Below, piece after piece: positions 31,735-45,492 of a stretch of 64,000 nt of DNA. This DNA comes from the human T2T-CHM13v2.0 reference genome, Homo sapiens. The notes under the pieces were generated by a model, which saw only the letters and a program-made list of their open reading frames with translations, had not been told where the DNA came from and made no database searches. Position 1 is the stretch's first letter. The number at the start of each line of letters is the position of its first letter. The translations under genes and the position numbers were made by a program. The stretch lies in the NCBI RefSeq assembly GCF_009914755.1, contig NC_060939.1; one strand, 5' to 3'.

Positions 31735-32030
31735 GCTGGGCACGGTGGCTCACATCTGTAATCCCAGCACTTTGGGAGGCCGCCGAGGTGGGTGGATCAC
31801 TGGAGGCCAGGAGTTCAAGACCAGCCTGGCCAACATAAGGAAACCCCGTCTCTATTGAAAATACAAAAATTAGCCAGGCGTGGTAGCGTGTGCCTGTAAT
31901 CCCAGCTACTCAGAAGGCTGAGGCAGGACAATCACTTGAACTTGGGAGGCAAAGGCTGCAGTGAGCTGAGACCACATATCTGGGCTCCAGGCTGGGTGAC
32001 AGAGAGAGACTCCATTTCAAAAAAGAAAAA
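31735..32030 (+). mobile_element. AluS
   Basis: Alu consensus. Confidence 0.9.
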
Positions 32031-33019
32031 AATGATCTGGGTGCCAAAATAGAGGGAAAAGGAACTTCACTACAAAAGGGCTTCCGGATTTTAAACTTTA
32101 CTGAAGGAATAATTCTTAATTGCAAAAATTTACTATGAATCTAAGTAAACTTAATGGTGTCTTTTCTAAAATAAGAAGCGTTAAGAAGCAGTAGCCTTGT
32201 GATAGAACAAGTGTGTGTGTCTTGGGTGGGCTTTTGAGAGTGGTAGGTAGCAGTTCGGGTTAAGATAAGCATTCTCCATGTTATCTGAGCCCCAGAGGCA
32301 AAAACAGTAAGAAAAGCAGGGCACTGACAACCATCTTGGAGAAAACGTGGGAGAGGGGAGTGGTATGGGTCTGGAGAGCTGGGCCCTTCCTTATTCTGGG
32401 TTTCCCACAACAGCAGTGGGCCCTTGGGCTGACCTCCATCTCCCAGAATTCGTCTTCTCACCTGTGGCCCGGCTGCTTCCCTGTTGTGCTCTCTTAGCAT
32501 TTGGCTTATGCCTCCCTTAGAATGTTTCTGAGATGTCCACTCCCTGACAGCAAGCCCCTTGAGAGCAAAGGCCACGTCTGGTTCATCTTGCTATTTAATT
32601 GTGCTAAACACAGATTCCCTAGAACCGGCATGTTTGTTGTTGCTGTTAAATGACTGGGAGATGGGGGTAAGGATTTAGATTGGGGCTTCTTTGAGGCGAA
32701 CTTCTTATTCAGCCAATAGAAACAGGCAAAGCAATAGAAAAACTGGCTGAAGTTGACCTTGGTATCTGTGTTACCTCCTAAATTTTTGCCAACCTAGGGT
32801 GCTTTAATGACGTTTTAAGGGACATCTGAAGAAAACATTGCCATCTCCCATGGCTTCCTCAGCTTTTGATGTCTCAAATAGCTAGTTAACTGTGGCCTAT
32901 GAAAGCAAAGGGAACACTATGAGCCCACAGAAGGGAAATGAAGAAGTTGTGGAAACATGGAAAATGCATGCATGGGGAAAGAAAGTGTAGCTGGAAGTAG
33001 CCTTAAGAGCCTGCTGATA

Positions 33020-33372
<353 letters not shown>

Positions 33373-33646
33373 TTAAAATTCAATGCATTCAACTGAATTT
33401 AAACAGTAAACATTAGGGAAGGAAACCATATACTACTGTTTCAGTCTTGTGGAAACAGTGATTTCGATGTATCCCAGTTAACTATGGCTGGGTTTCTGGG
33501 ATTCCTCGGCTAATTTTAGCCCTGTATCTTACTACTTTATGCTCCCCAAATGAATACCTGCCCTGAAACATGTGCCACTGGTGGCTACTTATCGATGGGC
33601 ATGAATGATAGGCAGGCTGCAATGCCCAGTGGGGCCCTGGCCTTAC

Positions 33647-33797
33647 CAATCATTGGCTGAAGGATGTTCTCTAACACCCGCACGAGCTGCTGGTAGATCT
33701 GAATGGCCAAGTCACTCAGCACCTGCCGATACTCAGCCAGGTCAAAATTGGTGAGGCAGTGTTCATTCTGGCGAGATGTGTTGTGCTTCATAAAGCC
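33647..33797 (-). CDS. MYO5A: Myosin Va globular tail exon (GFMKHNT...LQPMI, 151 nt)
   Basis: ctctag|GGC...ATT G|gtaagg. Confidence 0.96.
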
Positions 33798-35035
33798 CTA
33801 GAGTCATAAGGCAAAGTTAATGATACACATGAAGTAACCTGTCTCTTCAGTTTAACTATCTCCAATTTGATCAGCATCTTCATGCTCTTTTCTGCTCTGT
33901 CCAAGGAGCTTCCCCACTAATGCCAGGACTGACATTCTCAAATGCTGATGTGTGTTTGTTTGCTTCCATCATAACCCCCTCCAGTTCTTACTAGCTTTTG
34001 AACAATACCTTAACTTGGCAACCTAGCATTTAAGTCTTCCCAATAGCAATGTCAATGAAGCAAATTGGAGGAACTTAACTAAAAAAAAAAAAAAAAAAAA
34101 ATAGAGTGTTTCACTTCTGAAACAGCAGGTTTACTGTCAAACACTAAATTATCTAAATTATCTCTTAACTTCAGTTCTTTATAGTCCTATTCTTAAAAAC
34201 TACACCCAAAGGACATATATAATCTTGAAATAGACCGATTTCTACAGAGACTAGTGAATACATACAAAAAGTTCTCTTTACTCTATTTCGTAGTACCCAC
34301 ACCATGGTTTTCAGTCAGAGGTTAGAAGGGAATCTTTGGTGGTATCTGTTAAAATGGAACTGAATGGGCGGCACTTCTTCCAGTCACTTTGCAGTTTAAC
34401 ACGTTGTTTGCCTGATGCTACGTGATAAAGGCAAGTGCTTACTCTGAGGATTCTCCCTACAGCCAAGCATCTGCCTCCTTACCACCTACTTAATGACTGG
34501 TCCGAAAGTGGGGACTGATAGGATGCAGTCAACGACCCCTCTGAGGGATTCTGGTCTGTTGGCCCCATCTTCTCAGGGACTAGGCCTTGCTCATCTCTGT
34601 GTTTCCCATCATCTGCCTGTCAGTGCTCAGGAAGTGCCGCTGGGCACCTTCTCTGCTGCCCTCCTGGCAAAGGGATGGGAGGCATGGAGGGCAGTTGGCT
34701 AGGGTCATGGGCCCTCAGCGGTGCCAGACCCAGGATCCCAGCTCTGCTCCTTGTGGCCAAGAGAACTTGGGTAAATCAATGAGCCCCAGTGAGCCTTGGC
34801 TTCCTCATCTGTAAAACTGGACTATAATTCCTACCTCACAGAGATGCTGTAAGAATTAATGATCATAAATAACACCATATACAGTAAGTGCTGTCTGACA
34901 CATACTAAAGCAGCCCTTAATAGTCATTATTAATATTCTACATAGTTTTGAAATATTTGAAGTCTATCAAACAACTAATGAACATATCCCCACAAACAAA
35001 AACAATAGAGTTTTTTTGGACAAATCGAAAGACAT

Positions 35036-35283
35036 GATTTTTGATCACCCTTTTTTTTTTTAGAGTTAAAGGATTTTAAGGTCCTCTTATTGTCCAAGAG
35101 TATTAATATTAAAATTTTCTTTTTTTTTTTAAACTTTAAGTTTTAGGGTACATGTGCACAATGTGCAGGTTAGTTACATATGCATACATGTGCCATGTTG
35201 GTGTGCTGCATCCATTAACTCATCATTTAACATTAGGTATATCTCCCAATGCCATCCCTCCCCCCGATTTTTGATCACCTTTT
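35036..35283 (-). mobile_element. 5'-truncated primate L1 (L1PA2-4-like) 3' end with transduced segment and TSDs
   Basis: L1 3'UTR at 35131-35265, two poly(A) tracts, TSD GATTTTTGATCACC on both sides. Confidence 0.85.
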
Positions 35284-35638
35284 AATGTATTGTGGCAAGC
35301 CAAAATTGATTAATTTCTTTAAATAGTTCACTATTCTGATATTAGCTCTTGAAATGCCCACTAAAACATACTGACAAAAAGTTTTACTTCTGGTAACTAT
35401 TCACTGACCAATGCTTATTTTATTTTTCTCTATGCTTTCTCACAATGTAAAGAAGAAACTGTCATTCTCCAAATCACTGCTTCATAGATAGTGAACATCA
35501 AACAAAGCAAGAACTTCCAAGCCACCTCTGAATTTGGGTTCCTAAATAAATGGTTAAACATTTTGTGCTTTTACATTTTTTCCTTAAAAAGGTCAGAGAA
35601 AGTATAGCATGCTGGTTTTGTAATCAAGGTTTTCTCAC

Positions 35639-35728
35639 CTCTTCTCCACTGTACTGTTTCAAGCAGTGCAAAAATCGGCATGTGTTAGAGAGCCAGAAGG
35701 AGACGGTTTCAAAATCATCACCTCTTTT
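35639..35728 (-). CDS. MYO5A: Myosin Va globular tail exon (KRGDDFET...YSGEE, 90 nt)
   Basis: tttcag|AAA...GAG|gtgaga. Confidence 0.96.
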
Positions 35729-35986
35729 CTGAAAGAGAGAATAAGTCTAAACTTGCCTTTTCCTTAGGGAAATAACAACCTAAAAAAAATTGAACAGATA
35801 CCAAAAGACCCATTTCTTTCAGTTACCATTATAAACAATTATAAAAATAAATCACATTACAGTTGTGAAGTCTTATGTCATTGCTAGCAGAATGTCAGCG
35901 ACCAGGTTCATCAGTTTGTTGCTTTGCTTGCCATTCACTTTTTTGGCATAGAAAATTAAACTGATGCGAATTTAGCTGCTCCTTTA

Positions 35987-36319
<333 letters not shown>

Positions 36320-37676
36320 CCCAGCTACAGCTAGCCCAAATTCATGTCCCCCGTGGGGTTAATGATGGGAATCAGAACTAAAAGCAGAAAGAGGAATAAC
36401 AAATATTGTGATAAAGAATATGAAAAAGAATTTGAAGCACTTAAACCCAGACTAGATTAAAAATCTTGTTAAGGGTAAGATAAAATTTCTGAGCTGTGAA
36501 TCCAGAAATGAGAAGAAGGAAGTCCTGAGCTGGGCAGTACAGTCAGGGGAAAGCTGGTTGGCTCTTCACCAGGACTGGGCCACCGTGGCAGGAAGAAGAG
36601 AGACTCATTGTGCCTGAAAAAGATGTGAGGGCTGGGAATACTTCCCAGGGGCTTCATGGCAGACATACTTGGAAGGACTATGCATTTGTAAACTAAACCA
36701 TTTGGATGAACTAATCCCAGTTTGTATATGGGAAGTCACAAAAATATCAATGTTTGCCTGCACTTTTTCTCAGAAAACCTTGCAAAGGAAAACCAGAATA
36801 GTTTACCTAGGACAGATGCCTAGCATCAAATGGTCTTAGAAGCTAATTTTTTTTTGCATGAAATCATTTATTCCAATAACTCTACTACTATATCACAACA
36901 AAACCCAGGTTCTTAGAAGCTGTATGAGAATATCTGCCTTTGGTTTCTTAGTAGCGGCTTTATGCAGTAAAAGTGCACAGGATATATCATGGGGAAAGAT
37001 GGGTTTCTCATTATATCATTTTTTTTTAAGTAAATAAAATCACCTTTTTAAGAAAGTACAAAACGCCCTTAAATTTTGTAGAATATTCCCCTAAAAAGAC
37101 TTTAAGAAAAAAAATCCTAGAGGATATCAAACCTAACTAAGTCTTTTCAGCTGAGACAGAATTACTGAGTTCAGGTCCTGACTTTACCACTAAGTAAATA
37201 TCTGAAAGACCTAGGTATATAGTCTTCCAATGTAGGAGGATTGTGAATAAAATAAATTAAATAAATTATTTACTGCCAGTAAATACAATTTTATTACTTT
37301 CCCAAACACAGAAAATCATCCTATAGCTTAAGTGTAGATTTGACTAAAAATAACTCTGCCTCTTCCAAAAATCTGGATTACAACTGTTCCTAGTGGATGC
37401 TCTGGGCTAAGCTGACAAAGACAATGAATGCAGATTGGGAAACTGTGCTGGTCACTGTCGGGCTATGGGAGAGTGTCACTAAAGCACCAATCTAGACTGT
37501 CTTCACTGACGTCTACACAAGTCAAACTGCAGAGATCCTCAGAATAGTCCCAGCTGGATGTAACGGCACCTATACTGAAGAGTTACCAGATAAAGGTGAT
37601 TAAAACCTAAGGAGAAGACTTCATTCTAGAAATAATCCAGCATCTGTTTTCATTAGTGGGCTCTAGGCTTTGCTAA

Positions 37677-38012
<336 letters not shown>

Positions 38013-38809
38013 TGAACACTAAGGGTATCCTCTGTCCACATGAAAATGAGATACTCTATATTACTTCAAAATAAAAGAACATTTGCTTCTTTGGAAATTA
38101 AAAAAAAATTAAAATAGAATGCCAACTCTTTACCTAAGAGGTTACTAGATTGAGTTTGCCGAAGTAGTATTTTTTGCAATAAACAAGCTGTATTTGATCA
38201 AAATTAATAAATCCATGTTAGTTCCTACTCTATCCCATAGAGAAAACAAGTTGAACTCAAAGCTATTTGCAGTTTTTGATTTATTAGAAATGATCATAAG
38301 CTAAAAACTGTATGGATTCTCTGCATATCTTTGGCTAGTTATGCTGCTTAGGGCTGATGGCAAAAAACCAGTTGCCAAAGTTGAAACAGGTATGCAACAC
38401 AAACATACGATTCAAAACTGGGATGTGAGACAAATGCACATTAATTTTAAATGGTATTAAAGAGTGTTGTGTTCTAGTGCCCATCATTTTTAATCTTTAC
38501 AGAATTTGGTACAATAGTCAAACCAGATAAGTATCTTCTTGCAATTATTATGAGAGAAAGAAAACTTTATGATTTAGTTTTTTCTCTCTCTAGGAGTTGG
38601 CCTAAGAAGTAGCAAAACTTATAGTTTATCTAAGTACAATATTGCATCAACACACTAAAAATAAAATGAATTATGTTGGGAAGACATTCATCAATTTTTA
38701 AATGTTAAATCTTTAGAAACTCCATGCTTTAGTAACCACTGTAGAATGTTAACTACAGAAAGTACCTGCACAATAGGGACCAACAGAGAACCAGCATTTA
38801 TCAAAAGTT

Positions 38810-39020
38810 CGCTCCCCAGGGCTGAGGGAGGGAGGAATGGGGAGTTAGTGTTTAATGGGTACTGTGTTTCAGTTGGGGAGAATGAAAAAGCTCTGGAGAT
38901 GGATGATGGTGATGGCTGTGCAACAATGTGAACACACTTAATGCCACGTAACTGTACACTTAAAAATGGTGAATATGGCAAATTTTATGTTATGTATGTT
39001 TTACCTAATTTTTTTTTAAG
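38810..39020 (+). mobile_element. L1M (L1MB-like) 3' end fragment
   Basis: gggagttagtgtttaatgggtac...ctggagatggatgatggtgatgg...tgtacacttaaaaatgg. Confidence 0.75.
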
Positions 39021-39701
39021 TTCATAAAAGAAGTCTTAGATTTGAAAGAGTCCACTGGCATGTTGACTATCCACTTATCTTTACCCTAAAAGCTCTCGTT
39101 AAGTTTGATAATCCGAAAGCAAAGTACCTGGAACATATGATCTTAGCTCCTCACAGCAACACTGAGTTAAAACTAAGCCTGTGCTCACTGTTTCTCTGGA
39201 GTCAAGAGGGGGATTATGCAAGATGACTCAGTGACTACTGAGTTGTGTAGGCTTTCTGCTCAGTTATATAACTTGGCTGTCTTTTCCAAGTCTTTCCTCT
39301 CTGATTAGCATCTGTGTGTTGCTTCCCACATGGAACCAGGCATTTTAGGTAACAGGGAAAATTATGGGGTGAGGTGGAGAAAAAGTTGGAAGAAAAATTG
39401 TAATGTTTTATCAGACATCTTTTTATATGAATGAGCCATATCTTAAACTTATTTAACATCTATTTTAATTTCAGCATCACGTTCCCTGTATATATGAACT
39501 CTACTAAATATTGTTTAGTTCTAAGTAAAACCTCAAACTATATCTGTCCATGAATAAAGTTAGTTTACTGCACAATTAAAATGCAGTTATGTCAAGTTAA
39601 TTTTGATTACTGTTCAACTTGAGCCCTGTTTTGAAAGAAGCCAGATAGACATGTTCAAGGAAGAATGTTTCTTCCAGTGGAAGTTTTCACTCAAGACTGA
39701 G

Positions 39702-39990
39702 TGGCTGGGTGCAGTGGCTCACACCTGTAATCTCAGTATTTTGGGAAGTTGAAGGGGGAGGATCACTTGAGCCTAGGAACTGGAGACCAGCCTGGGCAAC
39801 ATAGTGAGACCCTGTCTCTACAAAACATAAAAAATTAGCTGGGCATGGTGGTGTGCAACTGTGGGCTCAGATACTTGGGAGGCTGAGCTGAGAGGATTGC
39901 TTGAGCCTGGGATTGCACTGGGGCTGCAGTCAGCTGAGATTGCACTACTGTACTTCAGCCTAGGTGACACAGCAAAACCCTGTCTCAAAA
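39702..39990 (+). mobile_element. AluJ
   Basis: Diverged Alu. Confidence 0.88.
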
Positions 39991-40128
39991 TAGATAGGTA
40001 AGTAAATAAAAATTGGAAAGTTTTAATAACAAGCAACTTAGCTAAACTCTAAGGAAGGAAGATCAATCAGTGCAGATTCTGTCATCATTAACAATTCATG
40101 ATGAGAATTTTGTTGAACAGGAACTGAC

Positions 40129-40283
40129 CTTCAATACTTTTTTGATGCTGTTAATTGTTGATGTTAGCAACGACCTTACTTTCTGATCATCATTCAGGTA
40201 GTCAGCATGTCGAACACACATGAACAGGATATATGCCGGTAATCCTGGAATCAAATTGACTGCTACACCACGTGGCTTCAGTT
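40129..40283 (-). CDS. MYO5A: Myosin Va globular tail exon (ELKPRGV...KKVLK, 155 nt)
   Basis: tttag|AA CTG...AAG|gtcagt. Confidence 0.96.
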
Positions 40284-40449
40284 CTAAAAAAGAAAAAATA
40301 ATAATTTTATATAACATGGAAAATTTTCACGAGGCATGCATTGTGAGATATAAAAACACAGTTGTCATGTAAGAGTTCAATCATTCAAGGTAAGTAGGTA
40401 ATATAAAAAGTGTATTTTAATAGCTCTTTAAGTAGAAAAATTCTGGAAT

Positions 40450-41445
40450 GTGGAGCATGTCCATATAATGACAACTCCCAAACTGATATCTCCTGCGCTG
40501 ACTTTTCCCTTGAATTCCAGTCTCACTATCAACTACCTTCTTGACAACTCTGCTCAGGCACATGAAACTAAGCCTCTCCCAAACCAAATTCTTGCTTCTC
40601 TAAGGAACCTACTTTTTTGGAAGTTGTCCCCATCTTAGTAAATAAATAGCAGCTCTAGTCTTCCAGTATCCTAGATTACAAACCTCATCCTCATTTTTGA
40701 CTCCTTTCTTTTCTCATACCACATATCCAATCCATCAACAAACCCTGTTGGCTCTATCTACAAAATACATCCAAAATCCAGCTACTTCTCACTGCTTCTA
40801 CCAGCTACAGATGTCCCATGGAGGCCACCATCATCTCCTGCTGGGCTGCTGCAATAGCTCCCTAACTGGCCTCCCTAATTCATCTCTTGCTCCCCAGTAC
40901 TGCATTTTCCATACAACAATCAGGGCCATTCTTTCGGAAAATGTTGGTCAGATCATGTCACTCTCGTTCTGAGAATCCTCCAAGCAGCTTCTCATGTCAA
41001 GCATTTATAAAAGCCAAAATCCTCACCATAGCATAGGATCTGGCCCTATTCCCCTTCCCCACTCCAGCTCACTCTGCTCCAAATGGGTCTCCTTGCTGTT
41101 GGTTAAACATGCCAGGTATGCTCCCTGCCCTGGGCCTACGTGCTTACTGTTTTTCTGCCTTGAATGTTCTTTCCTCAGATATTAGCATGACTTGTTAGCT
41201 TACTTCCTTTGGTGTCTGTCCAAAGATCACCTTACCAAAGAGTGTTTCCTGACAATTTTACACAAACCAGTATACCTGCCTTCACTCTTTATTCTTTTTA
41301 CTCCATCATATATTTGTTTATTTTATTTTCTTTATTTCTCCCCTGGAATGTAAACTCTGTAAGACTGGGTACTTCACTTTGCTCATTACCTAGAAAATGC
41401 TTGGCACATGATAAGAGTTCATTAAACATTTGCTGAATTGATAAA
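40450..41445 (+). mobile_element. L2 3' portion
   Basis: L2 motifs and terminal ttggcacat...taaacatttgctgaat. Confidence 0.75.
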
Positions 41446-41485
41446 TCTGTTAATTCTTTGCTGAATTGATAAATCTGTTAATTCT
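41430..41485 (+). repeat. Perfect 28-bp tandem duplication
   Basis: TTGCTGAATTGATAAATCTGTTAATTCT x2. Confidence 0.95.
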
Positions 41486-41971
41486 ATGCTTAAAAACCAG
41501 TGGCTCCTTAACATTTTTGCTAAATGAAATTCATGTTGAAACTTAAGCACCTGTGCAACTATATATAGTACTAAGTTTAATGCCAGGAACATTCCATCAG
41601 GTATAAGTGCCAATCACACTGCTGTCACCCTGGCACCTGGCGGGAGGAATGCTGTGCAAAGGCTGAAAGGAGAGGTTTTTAGGATTTTCACTTCACAACT
41701 TACGGTGTGTACACTCTAATCATTTACCACCACCCTCTAAAAAGTTTTCTTGCAAAGCCAGCAGGCTCAGACCCAATCTTAAAGGCAGTGTGCTGCCCTG
41801 AAATGCTTCTTCCACTCTCATCTCATTTATTCTGTCCATTCCTTCCTTTGTTAGAATCTTTTCCTTTTTTTGTTTCTTCCCTATTATTACACTGCCGTCC
41901 TTGACCTATTTAGTTGCAAACCTTTCTAGGGGAGTAAGGAAAAACTGAAATTCAGGAACCTAAACGGCCTA

Positions 41972-42410
41972 GAGCAGTTGTGCTCAACTGTGGTTACACT
42001 TGAGAATCCCTTAAGAAGCTTTTTATTATTTTTGAGAAAGACTCTTGCTGTGTAGCCCAGGGTGGAGTGCAGTGGTATAATCACAGCTCACTGTAGTCTT
42101 GAACTCCTGGGCTTACATGATCCTCCCATCTCAGCCTTTTGAGCAGCTAGGACTACAGGCATGTACCACCTCGCCTGGGTAAATTTTTTTTTTTTTTTTT
42201 TTTTTTTTTGGAGAGATGCGGTCTTGCTATTTTCCCGAGGCTGGCCTTGAGGGTTTTTTCTTTTTCTTTTTTTTTTTTTTTAAAGTACTAGACATTGCCA
42301 GGCTCTTCTCTCTAGAGATTTTGATTTAACTGGGCAAGAGGGAGAGAGATACATCAGTATGGTTCAAAGCTTCCAGGTGATTCTAATGTGCAGCCAGGGC
42401 TGAGAAGACC
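41972..42410. mobile_element. MER5-type hAT element interrupted by a partial Alu (~42024-42250)
   Basis: ccaggtgattctaatgtgcagccagggctgagaa MER5 end motif. Confidence 0.7.
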
Positions 42411-42631
42411 TGATCTTGAGCAATCCTTGTAGGTGGGTCTGAGGCATGTGTCCCTGCAGTTGGACTGAAAGTGCTTGGTGTGGTCAGAACACTACTGCAG
42501 CACTAGAATACATGGTATCTGATGATGACTAATGAAACCTACGCTGAATATCTCAAAAATTAGTGACTAGTTTTTCCCACCATTAACCCATGTGCCAGAA
42601 GGAACTTTTATCCAATGCAGAAAATACTTGC

Positions 42632-42778
42632 CCAGAATCAGGTTCTTAACAAGTTTTTGCTCATCCTCCTTCTTGTATTCCAGCATCCCTTGGAAATCCT
42701 TTTCTTTCCTGGGAATGTTGACTGGTCGGATGGGTTCATCAATGATCTGTCCTGGGGATATGTTCTCCATCTGGCCCA
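42632..42778 (-). CDS. MYO5A: Myosin Va exon (VGQMENIS...KNLIL, 147 nt) with GC donor
   Basis: cataaag|TG GGC...CTG G|gcaagt; joining to the next exon (AA CTG) restores ...LILELKPR. Confidence 0.93.
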
Positions 42779-44960
42779 CTTTATGAGAAGTAAGAAAGGA
42801 GGAGAAAATGTTTTCCATATAAAAAACATGAGAGGTCTCCAAGTTCCTATAATTTTGAATGCATTCTACAACAACCGAAACTTGCCATATTTGCCACTTA
42901 ATTGCCTTCTCTTAAAATAATTTTTTTCTGTTAAAATTGGGTGAACAGATGGCAAAATTATATGGTCATCTTACTCTGAAAGCCACTCCTGCCTAACTGT
43001 AAATTAACATCAAATAACCTTACATGACTCAAAACTTTTTTTTATGTAATAAGGCTTACTTTTTAATAAGATTAAATGTCCAAAAAGTAAGTGGTTTAAC
43101 AGATTTGTTAATTAATTGATACTAATCAGAAATGGTTAAACATATTTTGACTTTAATTCACAGGAGGAACAATCAATATCCTACAAAGGGGCAGAAGGAG
43201 CAGAAACAATTCCCCCTTGCTCTTGGCTCAATGACTTTAGCCATTAAAAGCAAAAGAACATTTACTTTAAATGTATCATTACAATCAATTCAAAACACAT
43301 ACAGATAGCTGGTAGAAGAGTGTTTCTTCATACCACTTGGTCCAAAATGTATTATTTTTCACAAAGGCCTCATATGGCAAAGACCTAATTTTCTCCTGCC
43401 ATCCTCATTCCCAGAGAAATCATGAACAGATAAACTATCTCTATGTAGTATGATTTCCTAAATGTTATTATTTTTTATTTCTTTTTAATATAATGTTAAA
43501 AATTCTACTTATAAAGTTGCAATCAATGAAGTACAACCACTGGTTTACAATGCTTTCAGATGTTAAAAATAGTCACTATTGTCAAGGGCAGCAGCTAGAG
43601 AATTATGCTAAAGGTTAAAAAAAAAAGTCTCCAATTTCATCTCAAAATTGAGACTTGAGTGGGAAATCCAACAAAAAGTAAAGGGACATATGAGTTACCA
43701 CAGCCACTGTGGAGATACACGCTAGTAACCAGGTTTTTTATCCTTTTATCTACAGGGAGGGAGAGTGGTTAAGAGATTTGTTTAAGGGCAGATTAAGTTT
43801 GAGTTCTGAGATTGCTGTCAAACAAAATGCAGATCAGATGCAAAAACATTAGAAAGCTTAATATTGCTGACTCCACGAGGTGTCAGTAGTGCTTCTTGTG
43901 TCACTCTGGGTAATTTCCTGGGTTAGTTCTGAGAAGCCAGTCCCACAGGAAGAGGTTATCACAGAGAACATCAGTACCTGCCAGTGCTCTTGCTTATGTG
44001 GCATGGAGCCTGGTGACACACCGTCCACCTCATGCTGCAGCAGCACACACTGGGACTATCAGCGCTGAAAATCTGGTTTAGGTGAAGTCACCACCATCCA
44101 GCAACACTATGATATCTAAAGAGTGGTCAGATTGTGATTGGACAGATCAGGGCTACGGCCATCTCCCATAATCTAGTTTTTCATATGCATGATCCAGTAT
44201 GAAAGCCACGGGACTAACTCTAAAGTATATTCTTCCATGCAAGAGAAAAGGAGACTCAAACTGTTTGGTTTTACATAATTTCTGGTGTCAGTTTAAACAC
44301 AACACCACAAGGACCTCTGAAGCAGCACACAGTGGCCTCTACAGATCATAAACCTGCAGCTGCATGTAAAAAACAAAATTATAAAACCCCTGCCATCTAT
44401 GCCACTAGTAACTTTTAAGCCGCATGTACAATTCCAAAAGGGGAAACTGGGAGAAAACAAGTTCAACATACTAGGTTTATCAATAAATGCACATATTTGG
44501 ACTCCATGTAACCCAAAGAGCATATTTTAAACCCACTGATTTATCAAATCTATGATGCTATCGGTTATGAAATACAGTATTTTATGTAACACTAAAAAAA
44601 TTGCCAACTAAACTATAACCCATCAACAATTGTAAGATACACCCCAATTTCAGAGATGTTGAAATGGGAAACACTGCATCTCAGAATTTGTGAAATACAA
44701 TGGATATTTTTACTAAGAAAGTTTATGTTTTAAAAGGAAGCTTCACCTTCCTTTTGCAAAATCTCTAACCAGGATATTTTTGGTACTGTATAAAAATGTC
44801 AGATAGAATGTGCCATACTCTCACTAAAAACTTTCTCTCTGCCTCTGAATTCTCCCTAGGGACTTAAGTCTTTGCAAAGCTCACAAATGAAATTTAGATG
44901 TCAGTTCAACATAACCTTGATTGATTTTGCAATATTATCTACTAATTAAAATAAAATGTT

Positions 44961-45492
<532 letters not shown>

